From positions 48,416 to 112,415 of the forward strand of contig JABCTC010000004.1 of NCBI GenBank assembly GCA_018238545.1: a stretch of DNA of 64,000 bases, read 5' to 3'. Made by a program: the position numbers and the translations under genes. Positions 29,138-39,327 of the stretch are shown here, piece by piece. Position 1 is the first letter of the stretch. Every line of letters starts with the position of its first letter. The notes under the pieces were generated by a model. The model saw nothing but the letters and a program-made list of their open reading frames with translations. It ran no database searches and was not told where the DNA came from. The stretch comes from Candidatus Heimdallarchaeota archaeon (GTDB lineage: Archaea; Asgardarchaeota; Heimdallarchaeia; Heimdallarchaeales; Heimdallarchaeaceae).

Positions 29138-32100
29138 GTGCTGAAGGTGGCTAAAGAATCAATAAGAGTTGTGGGGGCACAAGAGAATAATCTGAAAAAT
29201 ATTTCTATTGACATTCCACATAATAAGTTAGTTGTAATATCAGGAATCAGTGGTTCCGGTAAAAGTTCTTTGGCTTTTAACACTATCTTCATGGAAGCTC
29301 AGAGGAGATATATGGAAACTTTATCTTCTTACGCTAGACAATTTATTGGTAATTTTGATAGACCTGATGTTGAACATATAGAAGGGTTAAGACCTACAAT
29401 CTCAATTGATCAAAAAACTATCTCACGAAATCCAAGAAGTACTGTAGGAACATTAACAGAGATTTATGATTATATGAGAGTTCTCTATGCAAGAGTAGGA
29501 ATACCACATTGTCCTGATTGCAAAGTTATCATCGAAGCACAGCCATCTGAACAAATTATTGAGCAGCTCTTTGCTTCCTTTGAAGGTGAAAAGATCAAGG
29601 TAATTGCACCTATGTTTGAGAAAAGAAAAGGGGAATATAGAAGAGAGCTCACTCAATGGAAAGAAGACGGTTATAATCGACTTATCATAGATGGTAAAGA
29701 AATCAATCTTGATGATGAAGAAGTCAAATTAGAAAGGTATGTTCCTCATGATATTGAAATAATTGTTGATAGGAACAGCTGTGAAAGGAAAAATGAACCC
29801 AGTATAGCCGATAGTATAAGTCTAGCATTAGATTTAACAAAAGGTAAATTGAAAATTGTAGGGGAGAAGAAAACAAGAACTTTCTCAACTAAGTTAGTAT
29901 GTCCTGAATGTGGAATATCTGTAAATGAGTTTAATCCTAGAGATTTTTCATATAACACTCCAGTAGGAGCATGTCAACTTTGCAAAGGATTAGGGAAGAT
30001 CCCTCAGATTGTTCCAGAAAAATTCATTAACCCAGAACTCTCAATAGCAAAGGGAGCTATAGCTACAACAACTAAAAGCTTGAAATACATAACCTATAGC
30101 GGAATCAGTGTAAAGAATCTCAATCAAATAACAAAGGAAAATGGATTTGATATCACCACTCCTTTCAAAGACTTAACAGAAGAACAGCAAAAGCTGATTC
30201 TCTATGGTTCTGGAAAAAAGACTTACAAACTTAAATGGTCTTGGGGAGGCGACACTACAACTTGGCAAGGTAAGGGAGAATATCTTACGACTTGGAAGGG
30301 AATAATCCCTTTGACGATGGAAGGATATTATAGAATTAACTCACTAAAGAGGAAAGAACAACTAGAAAAACTGATGGAACTCTCAACATGTCCTGATTGT
30401 GAAGGAAAGAGGTTGAAACCTGAAAGTTTGGCAGTTCTTTTCAAAGGTAAAAATATGGCAGATCTCAATCAACTACCAATAGACAAATGTTACAACTTCT
30501 TCAAGAAAGTAAAAATTACAGATGAAGAAGAAATAATCGCTGGACCTTTGTTGAAGGAGATTAAAAATAGACTATCTTTTCTTATCGAAGTAGGATTACA
30601 TTATATTACATTGAATAGGGGAGCCAATGAATTAAGTGGAGGAGAAGCACAAAGAACACGATTGGCAACACAAATTGGTTCTAAACTTCAAGGGGTTAAC
30701 TACGTGCTCGATGAACCCAGTGTGGGGTTAGCAAATCGAGATAATGAGAAGTTACTCAACTCTCTTATGACTTTGAGAGATGGAGGGAATACTGTAGTTG
30801 TTGTAGAACATGATGAAGATACTTTAAGAAATGCAGATATTCTGGTAGATCTAGGTCCATATGCTGGAGACGAGGGGGGAGAAGTGTTATTCTCTTTAGC
30901 ACCAAATGAGTTGACAGAGAAAGAAGCTAAGAAATCAACAACAGCTAGATATCTATTAGGGTTAGATGAGATTGCAATCCCAACTAAAAGAAGAAAGGCT
31001 ACAAAATATCTAACACTTAAAGGAGCTCAGCATAATAACTTGAAGAAGATTGATGTGAAGTTTCCTATTGGAAGTTTCATCAGTGTTACGGGAGTAAGTG
31101 GGTCAGGTAAATCTTCCTTGATTAAAGATACACTCTATCCAATTCTTGTTAATAAATTACATAACGGAACTCAGAGTGTGGGAAAACACAAGAAGCTTGA
31201 GGGAATAGAAAATCTAGACAAAGTTGTAGTCATTAATCAATCACCCATAGGAAGGAGCTCTAGATCTAATCCTGCAACATATACTAAAGTTCTAGACCAC
31301 TTAAGGGATCTCTATGCAAGATTACCTTCAGCTTTGGTAAGAGGTTATACAAAAACACGATTCACTTTTAACACAAAAGAGGGTAGATGTGAAGCTTGTA
31401 AGGGTCATGGATACCTCAAGATAGAAATGAGTTTACTTCCCGATGTAGAAGTGGAGTGTGAAATATGCAAGGGGAGAAGATATGATGATGAAACACTCAA
31501 AGTGAAATTTGCAACTCACTCCATAGCTGATGTTCTTGATATGACAGTTAGTAATGCGATGAAAACTTTCAAGAATCAACCTAAAATCATGAAGATACTG
31601 CAAACATTATCTGATGTTGGGCTTGGTTATATCAAACTCGGACAACCATCTACAACTGTCAGTGGAGGAGAAGCACAAAGAATCAAATTATCAAAAGAGC
31701 TCTCCAAAACAGCAACAGGAAGCACTCTGTACATCCTCGATGAACCAACAACTGGATTGTCTTTTGAGGATATCAAAAAACTTCTTGTTGTTCTTCAAAG
31801 ATTAGTGGATAAAGGGAATACAATAATCATCATTGAGCATAATCTAGATGTTATAAAAATAGCTGATTATGTTATTGATTTGGGACCAGAAGGAGGAGAA
31901 GATAAAGGTGGTTTCCTTGTTGGTGCAGGAACGCCTGAGAAAATAATAAAACTTGAAAAATCTTATACAGGGAAGGCTCTAAAGAGGGTTTTGTTAGGGG
32001 AAGAGAAAAATATTATTTTGGAGAAAACGGAACCTTTCGACAGAAATCTAGACCCAGCTAATTATCTCTATGTTAGAGGAGCATCAAAGAATAATCTCAA

Positions 32101-34894
32101 GAGTATTGATCTCGATATACCAAAAGAGAAATTAGTTGTAATTACAGGCCCAAGTGGGTCAGGCAAAAGTTCCTTAGCTATCGACACATTATTCTCAGAA
32201 GGGCAAAGAAGATTCATAGAAAGTCTTTCAAGCTATGCTCGTCAGTTTCTGATTAAAGCAGAAAGAGCAGATGTAGATGACATCATAGGTTTAACTCCAT
32301 CAATAGCTATCGATCAACACTCAATCTCAAAAAACCCTCGTTCTACTGTAGCAACCACAACAGAAATTTATGATTACTTCAGACTCTTGTTTGCAAAAAT
32401 AGGCATTCCACATTGTCCTAAATGTAACATAGTTTTGAAACGAAGAACTATAGATGAAATAGCTAATCTTGTTGTAAAAGATTTTAATAAAATGAATGTT
32501 ACAATTGCTTCCTCTTTAACCAATGGTGAAAAGATAGATGTTCAAAAAACTGTAAAAGAGCTCGTTAAGCAAGGTTATGCAAGAGCTATTATTGATGATA
32601 AAGAGTATCATCTTGACAAAGAAATAAAAAAACGCAAATCAGATTCAATCTCAGTAGTAGTCGATAGAATAAATATCTCAAAGGAAAATATTTCAAGATT
32701 AGCAGAAAGCATTGAATCAGCTGTTAAATTTGGCAAAGGGAGAGTTGAAATCCATCAAAACAGTCATAAGAACACTTACTCCATCTATGCAGAGTGTATA
32801 GATCATGAATATGAAACACCTGAGGAAATGCACCCAAGATTGTTCAGTTTCAACCATTATTCAGGCTCTTGTTCCACATGTACTGGACTAGGAACTATCA
32901 GGAAACTAGATATGAGAAAGATAGTCAAAGATTGGGATAAATCGATAGCTCAAGGAACAATTGGTCTATATTCTGCTAAACGTATGACAAATCCAAATTC
33001 CTGGAGAAGAGCTATGGTTCAATCTATCGGGGAGCATTATGGTTTCACATTGGATATGCCAATGAAAGATTTCTCACCTCAACAACTTGATGGGTTATTT
33101 TATGGTTCAAAAGGTGAAATAGTCAAGATAAAAATGATTAGGGAGGGAAAAAGATCTTCTTCTGAATTCACTAAAACAGCTGAATGGGAAGGTTTGATTC
33201 CCAGATGGGAAAAATGGTTAGATGAACCTTCTGAATCATTATGGGGTTCAGAATATAAACAAAGATACAATCAGTATTTTACTGAATATTCTTGTCCTGA
33301 TTGCAAAGGAAGAAAACTGAAACCAGAGATATTAGCTATTACTGTTGGTGGAAAATCTATCTACGATTTAGCAAGTATATCAGTTGATGATTTCCTAATT
33401 TATCTAAATAATTTACAGCTTACAAAAAGAGAATTAAAAATAGCAGATAGAATTATCAACGAGCTTTGTAAGAGAGCTCAGTATTTAGTAGATGTTGGTT
33501 TGAGTTACTTAACATTGGATAGAAGAGCTAGTACATTATCAAATGGTGAGGCTCAAAGGATACGTTTAGCATCACAAATTGGAAGCGGACTAGTAGGCGT
33601 TACCTATGTACTCGATGAGCCAACAATTGGTCTACATCCGCGAGATATCGACAGATTGTTAGCGACTCTAAAGAAGTTGAGAGATAATGGAAATCATGTC
33701 ATTGTTGTTGAGCATGATGATATTATCATTAAGGAATCTGATTGGGTAATTGAACTCGGTCCCTTAGGTGGAGATCAAGGAGGAGATGTAGTTGTTGCTG
33801 GTCCTACAGCTGAAGTTTTGAAAAATGATGTTTCTCTAACAGCACGATATCTATCAAAAGAACATAGAATTCTTACTCCTGACGTAAGAAGAAAAGCTGA
33901 GAAAAACATCAAATTGACTGGAGCATCACAGTATAATCTCAAAAACATTGACGTTGAGTTTGGTTTAGGAACAATCACAGCTGTCACTGGAGTTAGTGGG
34001 GCGGGTAAATCCTCTTTAGTTATTGAAACACTTCAAAAAGCTCTAGAGAAGCAAATTACTAAAAAGAAGATTGAAGTTGGTAAGCATAAGAAACTTACAG
34101 GTTACGAAGAACTAGATAAGGTAATTGTAGTAGATCAATCTACATTAAGCAAATCTAGTAGGTCTAATCCCGCGACTTACTTAGGTGTTTATGATGAGAT
34201 TCGTAATTTGTATGCAAAACTACCTGAAGCTAAAACTAGAGGTTTCACACCTGGACATTTCAGTTATAACACTTCTAAAGGTCAATGTAAGGAATGTAGA
34301 GGATTAGGTCAAAAAAGAATTGAGCTGCTTTTCTTATCAGATGTCTGGATATTGTGTCCTGTTTGTAAAGGAAAAAGATACAAGAAAAGCATTCTGAATG
34401 CTCGATACAAAAGAAAGACAATCTCAGACATACTAGATATGACTATAACAACAGCGTGTGAATTATTCTCAAATATAGAAAAGATTCGCAAACCTTTGAA
34501 AATAGCACATGATGTAGGACTTGGATATCTTAGGATGGGACAACCAACAACTACTATTTCAGGTGGAGAAGCTGAAAGGCTGAAAATAACTAGAGAGTTA
34601 GCAAAGAAGGGACAAGGAAAAAACATCTATATTTTGGACGAACCTTCACAAGGATTGCACTTTTATGATATTGAAAAACTAATCATGATACTGCAAAAAC
34701 TTGCTTATGAAGGAAATACTATTGTTTTTATCGATCACAACATGGATTTAGTCAAAATAGCTGACAGGATAATAGATCTAGGTCCAGAAGGAGGGACTAA
34801 GAATGGGGGGTATCTAGTAGCTTCTGGTACACCTGAAGAAATAATAGAACAAGAAAAAGGATATACTTGGAAATACCTTAAACAGGTAGTTTAA
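29138..34894 (+). CDS. uvrA: Double-length excinuclease ABC subunit A (two UvrA units fused; four ABC ATPase domains)
   Basis: Four GA...NLK starts; four Walker A (GISGSGKS, GVSGSGKS, GPSGSGKS, GVSGAGKS); four signature/Walker B sets; Zn fingers; LSSYARQF and NPRST each occur twice. Confidence 0.93.
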   Translation: MLKVAKESIRVVGAQENNLKNISIDIPHNKLVVISGISGSGKSSLAFNTIFMEAQRRYMETLSSYARQFIGNFDRPDVEHIEGLRPTISIDQKTISRNPRSTVGTLTEIYDYMRVLYARVGIPHCPDCKVIIEAQPSEQIIEQLFASFEGEKIKVIAPMFEKRKGEYRRELTQWKEDGYNRLIIDGKEINLDDEEVKLERYVPHDIEIIVDRNSCERKNEPSIADSISLALDLTKGKLKIVGEKKTRTFSTKLVCPECGISVNEFNPRDFSYNTPVGACQLCKGLGKIPQIVPEKFINPELSIAKGAIATTTKSLKYITYSGISVKNLNQITKENGFDITTPFKDLTEEQQKLILYGSGKKTYKLKWSWGGDTTTWQGKGEYLTTWKGIIPLTMEGYYRINSLKRKEQLEKLMELSTCPDCEGKRLKPESLAVLFKGKNMADLNQLPIDKCYNFFKKVKITDEEEIIAGPLLKEIKNRLSFLIEVGLHYITLNRGANELSGGEAQRTRLATQIGSKLQGVNYVLDEPSVGLANRDNEKLLNSLMTLRDGGNTVVVVEHDEDTLRNADILVDLGPYAGDEGGEVLFSLAPNELTEKEAKKSTTARYLLGLDEIAIPTKRRKATKYLTLKGAQHNNLKKIDVKFPIGSFISVTGVSGSGKSSLIKDTLYPILVNKLHNGTQSVGKHKKLEGIENLDKVVVINQSPIGRSSRSNPATYTKVLDHLRDLYARLPSALVRGYTKTRFTFNTKEGRCEACKGHGYLKIEMSLLPDVEVECEICKGRRYDDETLKVKFATHSIADVLDMTVSNAMKTFKNQPKIMKILQTLSDVGLGYIKLGQPSTTVSGGEAQRIKLSKELSKTATGSTLYILDEPTTGLSFEDIKKLLVVLQRLVDKGNTIIIIEHNLDVIKIADYVIDLGPEGGEDKGGFLVGAGTPEKIIKLEKSYTGKALKRVLLGEEKNIILEKTEPFDRNLDPANYLYVRGASKNNLKSIDLDIPKEKLVVITGPSGSGKSSLAIDTLFSEGQRRFIESLSSYARQFLIKAERADVDDIIGLTPSIAIDQHSISKNPRSTVATTTEIYDYFRLLFAKIGIPHCPKCNIVLKRRTIDEIANLVVKDFNKMNVTIASSLTNGEKIDVQKTVKELVKQGYARAIIDDKEYHLDKEIKKRKSDSISVVVDRINISKENISRLAESIESAVKFGKGRVEIHQNSHKNTYSIYAECIDHEYETPEEMHPRLFSFNHYSGSCSTCTGLGTIRKLDMRKIVKDWDKSIAQGTIGLYSAKRMTNPNSWRRAMVQSIGEHYGFTLDMPMKDFSPQQLDGLFYGSKGEIVKIKMIREGKRSSSEFTKTAEWEGLIPRWEKWLDEPSESLWGSEYKQRYNQYFTEYSCPDCKGRKLKPEILAITVGGKSIYDLASISVDDFLIYLNNLQLTKRELKIADRIINELCKRAQYLVDVGLSYLTLDRRASTLSNGEAQRIRLASQIGSGLVGVTYVLDEPTIGLHPRDIDRLLATLKKLRDNGNHVIVVEHDDIIIKESDWVIELGPLGGDQGGDVVVAGPTAEVLKNDVSLTARYLSKEHRILTPDVRRKAEKNIKLTGASQYNLKNIDVEFGLGTITAVTGVSGAGKSSLVIETLQKALEKQITKKKIEVGKHKKLTGYEELDKVIVVDQSTLSKSSRSNPATYLGVYDEIRNLYAKLPEAKTRGFTPGHFSYNTSKGQCKECRGLGQKRIELLFLSDVWILCPVCKGKRYKKSILNARYKRKTISDILDMTITTACELFSNIEKIRKPLKIAHDVGLGYLRMGQPTTTISGGEAERLKITRELAKKGQGKNIYILDEPSQGLHFYDIEKLIMILQKLAYEGNTIVFIDHNMDLVKIADRIIDLGPEGGTKNGGYLVASGTPEEIIEQEKGYTWKYLKQVV

Positions 34895-35018
34895 CCATTT
34901 TAACGAATACTTTTAAGTGCGTAAGCAATAAGTATCCAACAAACCTCCCTTGGTTTATAGCATAAATTAACTCAAAAGATGAGCTATAATAGCATCAAGA
35001 AATCTTAGATACACAGTA

Positions 35019-37007
35019 TTGTTTTTATCAGTGCTATTCTTAACTACCCCTTTCATCACAGTTCAGTTCTCAAACGGAGATGTTGAACTTATGGCAAATT
35101 TAGTCCTAAAAACCAATGGAGGAGGCGTTTATCCTGATTATGGCCTTTACATAGCTGATCAGCTTAGAGAGATAGGTATTGAAGTTGTAGTTAAAGTTGT
35201 AGAATGGATACAGTATTTTTATCCATTCACTCCAATTGAATATGATTTAGCAATTAGAGAACTTATTTTTGAGAATGGAGAATTTGATCCTTATCCGTTT
35301 TTTAGTGAAGAGAGTAGCTTAAATTATTATGGGGTAGATAGGTTTATGCCGTATGGTAATCAGAGTGAAACTATGTTGAAAGAAGGAACCTTGATAACAG
35401 ACTTTGAAGAGAGGAAAAGTCATTACAATACTTGGCAAAATCTGTATATGGATAAAATACTCCCTTTTATCCCATTATTTTCTATTCCTGAATATATTGC
35501 AACCTGGTTCAACTTAATTGGGTTCAATTCTTCTTGGAGTATTGTTGATAATTTACCTTATATCCATCAAAATGGTCTCCACCCTTGTCAAGATGATTTG
35601 AAAGAACTGATTATTGCAGACAAAAACTGGAGGAATTTAAATCCTCTGCAAATAGATGACGAGTCTAGAGATTTTGTTCCTTCTTTACTTTTTGAATCGC
35701 TTCTCCAGATTTCCCCAGAAGGAAAGCCAATCAAAACAGGATTAATCTATGATTGGGATATAATTAATGAAAGTTACTATAAATTTTACATAAGAGAGGG
35801 TATCTACTGGAATCCCAGCTACAATTGTACAATAAGAAACGCTGATTCAGATCCTTTATCAACAAATTCAAGCGATTTGATGGTTGGTCTTCAAGGAACA
35901 TCTAGTGATGGTCATAACCAGCAATTAACTGCGAAAGACATGGTTTTTACACTACTTGCTTATGCAACATTTCATGTTAGTGAGTTTGCAGAGAATTACT
36001 TCTGCTTAAAAGATATTCAAATTGATAATTCAGACAATTTCTCTTTCTATATTACTGTTGATGGTAATGAAAAAACAACAGAGTTTGAACCTTATGCACC
36101 ATTTTGGAACAAGCTTAATGTTCCATGCCTACCAGAATTTTTCTTAAATTCAACATCTTTGTCCATAACTAACACATCAGGAAACATACCTGTAAGGGGA
36201 TTGTATGAAGGTATAGAAGATACAATTGAGTGGAAAGATTTTGACATATCTTCTTTTGGTTGTGGAAAATATTTGTTAGATTATTATGTAATAAATGCTA
36301 TTACAGTTTTAAGAGCTAGTTCAAATTGGCATGAAATAGGTGCCATTGATGGAATGCATCATGATCTGAGTATTGAGACTATTAAAATGAAAGTTCTAAG
36401 GGATACTGCACCAATAATAAGTGAGTTTCTAGCAGAAAGATTGGATATAATCAAGATAAATTATGAGAGCACGTTTATTAACAATTTAGAAAAAGATCCT
36501 TTCTTTAAATGTTACAAATTAATATCTAACTCATTTTCTATGCTGATTTTTAACTTACGAAGACCGTTTGTTGGGGGAACTGATAATTATGTTTTCCTAG
36601 ATACTGAAGGAAAGGAGAATTATACAAGGGGTGTTGCTGTTCGAAAAGCGATGTGTTACGCCATAGATAGAGAGGAGATTAATCAAGCTTTACACGGGGG
36701 GAATTTGATAGTATTGGATCATCCAATACCTGAGATTTATGAAAACTATCATAACCCGGAAATAATCAAATACTCTCACGATATAGACGAAGCTCTTGAA
36801 TGGCTCTTTCCTGGTTACGACCCGCATCCACCGCATCCATCAATACCTAATTTATTAGAAACACTGTTGATCATAGGTGGAGGTATTATATTAATAGGTG
36901 CAATTCCTACCTTTTTCATAACTAAAGGATTACTTGAATATAGAAGATCAAAGAAGAAACCTACAGAAACTTCTACAAACAATTCAGATTCCGCAAAAGA
37001 TATGTAG
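35019..37007 (+). CDS. Family-5 solute-binding protein, circularly permuted (paralog of 5236-7212)
   Basis: GGGVYPDY, IGIEVVVKVVEW, DKILPFIPLF, NLNPL, YKFYIREGIYW, LTAKDMVFT, FGCGKYLL, VRKAMCYAIDRE; C-terminal TM. Confidence 0.85.
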   Translation: MFLSVLFLTTPFITVQFSNGDVELMANLVLKTNGGGVYPDYGLYIADQLREIGIEVVVKVVEWIQYFYPFTPIEYDLAIRELIFENGEFDPYPFFSEESSLNYYGVDRFMPYGNQSETMLKEGTLITDFEERKSHYNTWQNLYMDKILPFIPLFSIPEYIATWFNLIGFNSSWSIVDNLPYIHQNGLHPCQDDLKELIIADKNWRNLNPLQIDDESRDFVPSLLFESLLQISPEGKPIKTGLIYDWDIINESYYKFYIREGIYWNPSYNCTIRNADSDPLSTNSSDLMVGLQGTSSDGHNQQLTAKDMVFTLLAYATFHVSEFAENYFCLKDIQIDNSDNFSFYITVDGNEKTTEFEPYAPFWNKLNVPCLPEFFLNSTSLSITNTSGNIPVRGLYEGIEDTIEWKDFDISSFGCGKYLLDYYVINAITVLRASSNWHEIGAIDGMHHDLSIETIKMKVLRDTAPIISEFLAERLDIIKINYESTFINNLEKDPFFKCYKLISNSFSMLIFNLRRPFVGGTDNYVFLDTEGKENYTRGVAVRKAMCYAIDREEINQALHGGNLIVLDHPIPEIYENYHNPEIIKYSHDIDEALEWLFPGYDPHPPHPSIPNLLETLLIIGGGIILIGAIPTFFITKGLLEYRRSKKKPTETSTNNSDSAKDM

Positions 37008-37025
37008 TAAGAATCTTTCTCCTTT

Positions 37026-38285
37026 ATGATGCGTACGAATTACCAGTTTGAGAGAGGTAAAGAATTTGCTGAGAAACTAGATTTAGAAGATAAACTAGCA
37101 AGTTTCAGAGAAAGGTTCTATGTTCTCAAGGATTCAATTTACGTAAATGGAAATTCTTTGGGTTTACTGCCAAAAGATGGAGAAAAAACTCTTTTACGAG
37201 TTCTAGAAGAATGGAAAACCTTGGCAGCTCAAGGGTGGATGAGTGCTGAATTACCTTGGTTCTTTCAAGCAGAAAAATTAGGAGAAAAAGCTGCAGAGCT
37301 AGTAGGTGCAACAGCTGATGAAGTTGTAGCAACAGGAACTACTACTGTAAATCTCCATGCTCTTGTAAGCTCGTTTTATCAACCAGAAGGGAAGAGAACG
37401 AAAATATTAGCAGATGAGCTAAACTTTCCTACAGACATTTATGCTCTCCAAAGTCAAGTTAAATTGAAAGGTTTAGATCCTCAAGAACATCTCATAATAG
37501 CAAAAAGTGATGATGGCATTACAATTAATGAAGATAAAATTATCGAAATGATGACAGATGAAATTGCACTCATTGTTCTTCCGTCTATTCTTTTCAGAAG
37601 CAGTCAATTATTAGATATCAAAAGAGTGACAGAAGAAGCTCACAAAAGAGGAATTATGATTGGTTGGGATTGTAGTCATTCTGTAGGTGTTGTCCCTCAT
37701 CATTTTGATGAGTGGGGTGTTGATTTTGCTTTCTGGTGCAGTTATAAATACTTAAACGCTGGACCGGGATCGAGCGCTTTTATCTATGTCAATAAGAAGC
37801 ATTTTGGTCTTGAAGCGGCTCTTACTGGATGGTTTGGATATGTAAAAGAAAAACAGTTTGAGATGAATCTTAACTTTGAACAATCTAACACAGCTGGAGG
37901 GTGGCAAATATCCTCTCCATCTATACTTGGTTCGGCAGCTTTAGAAGGATCATTGAATCTAACCTTAGAAGCAGGTATTGAAAATATTAGAGAAAAATCG
38001 CTCAAGCTGACCAGTTACCTCATCTATTTAGTTCAAAACCTGCTGACAGATGCGCCATATAATTTCTCTATTGGAACACCTTTAGATGAAAGGAAGCGTG
38101 GAGGACATGTTGCTATAGTTCACAATGATGCTCAAATAATTAGCACAAAACTTATGGGAAGGGGTGTCATTCATGATTTTCGACCACCGAACATAATTCG
38201 AATAACTCCTTGTGCACTCAACAACACCTTTGTTGAGATTTGGAAAATTATTAATCTAATCAAAGAAATAATAGATGAAAATTAG
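37026..38285 (+). CDS. kynU: Kynureninase
   Basis: YVNGNSLGL, TVNLH, NFPTDIYA, WDCSHSVG, WCSYKYLNAGPG (PLP Lys), GWFG, RGGHV, DFRPPN. Confidence 0.93.
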   Translation: MMRTNYQFERGKEFAEKLDLEDKLASFRERFYVLKDSIYVNGNSLGLLPKDGEKTLLRVLEEWKTLAAQGWMSAELPWFFQAEKLGEKAAELVGATADEVVATGTTTVNLHALVSSFYQPEGKRTKILADELNFPTDIYALQSQVKLKGLDPQEHLIIAKSDDGITINEDKIIEMMTDEIALIVLPSILFRSSQLLDIKRVTEEAHKRGIMIGWDCSHSVGVVPHHFDEWGVDFAFWCSYKYLNAGPGSSAFIYVNKKHFGLEAALTGWFGYVKEKQFEMNLNFEQSNTAGGWQISSPSILGSAALEGSLNLTLEAGIENIREKSLKLTSYLIYLVQNLLTDAPYNFSIGTPLDERKRGGHVAIVHNDAQIISTKLMGRGVIHDFRPPNIIRITPCALNNTFVEIWKIINLIKEIIDEN

Positions 38286-38358
38286 TTCATCTCTTCTTTA
38301 AGATTCAATTTCCTAACATTTAAGAAGACATGCTAGAAATCAGATTAGGTGTAGTTAT

Positions 38359-39327
38359 TTGCTAGCTGTTGAAACCAAGAATCTTACCAAAATGTTTCAT
38401 AAACTAAAAGCTGTTGATGGTCTCAATTTAGAGATCAAAGAAGCAGAAATCTATAGCTTGCTAGGTCCAAATGGTTCTGGGAAAACAACAACAGTTAGAA
38501 TGCTCACAGGCTTATTGCGACCAACAATTGGTGGAGCGAGAGTATTAGGCTTAGATATTTCAGATAATCTGCAAGAAATAAGAAGTCGAGTAGGCCATCT
38601 CACTGAAACACCAGCTCTTTATGAGCGCTTGACTGTTCGACAGAATCTAGACTTTTTCGCTAAACTTTACAAAGTTCCAGAAACTGAAATCAAACCAAGA
38701 ATAGAAGAAATTGTTGATTTATTTGAGTTACCTGAAAAGCTAGACGAACCTGCAGGAACATTATCAAAAGGTATGAAGCAAAAAGTTGCTATAGCACGCG
38801 CAATGTTTCATGAACCTGAGCTAATTTTTCTAGATGAACCTACAGCTTCTTTGTCTCCTGAATCAGCAAAAGTAATCAGAGAACAAATTATCAAGTTAGT
38901 TAAGAAAGAGAAGAGAACCTTTTTCATTTGTACGCATAATTTGTCTGAAGCAGAGAGACTGTCTTCAAGAGTGGGCATAATAAATCATGGAAGACTTGTT
39001 GCTCAAGGTTCTCCAGGAGAACTACGAGAAATGCGAAAAGATGAAACAGTAACTGTTTTTAGATTTTCAACTTGGGAAAGCAACACCAAAGAATTTTTTG
39101 CAGATATGAAAATCGAAATTGTTGAACAAAATCAAGAACAAAAGTATGTATCAGTTATCATCAAAGATATCGAAAAACAAACCCCTAGTATTATCAATTC
39201 ATTAACTAAGAACAACTTCCAGCTAGTTGAAGTAAAGCACGAATTTCCAACATTGGAAAGAATATATTTAGAATTTGTGGAATTGGAAGGAGTTCCTCGG
39301 GAAGAAAATAACATGGAGGAGAGCTAG
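38359..39327 (+). CDS. ABC-2 type transporter ATP-binding protein
   Basis: GPNGSGKTT, LSKGMKQK, FLDEPT, THNL. Confidence 0.92.
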   Translation: MLAVETKNLTKMFHKLKAVDGLNLEIKEAEIYSLLGPNGSGKTTTVRMLTGLLRPTIGGARVLGLDISDNLQEIRSRVGHLTETPALYERLTVRQNLDFFAKLYKVPETEIKPRIEEIVDLFELPEKLDEPAGTLSKGMKQKVAIARAMFHEPELIFLDEPTASLSPESAKVIREQIIKLVKKEKRTFFICTHNLSEAERLSSRVGIINHGRLVAQGSPGELREMRKDETVTVFRFSTWESNTKEFFADMKIEIVEQNQEQKYVSVIIKDIEKQTPSIINSLTKNNFQLVEVKHEFPTLERIYLEFVELEGVPREENNMEES

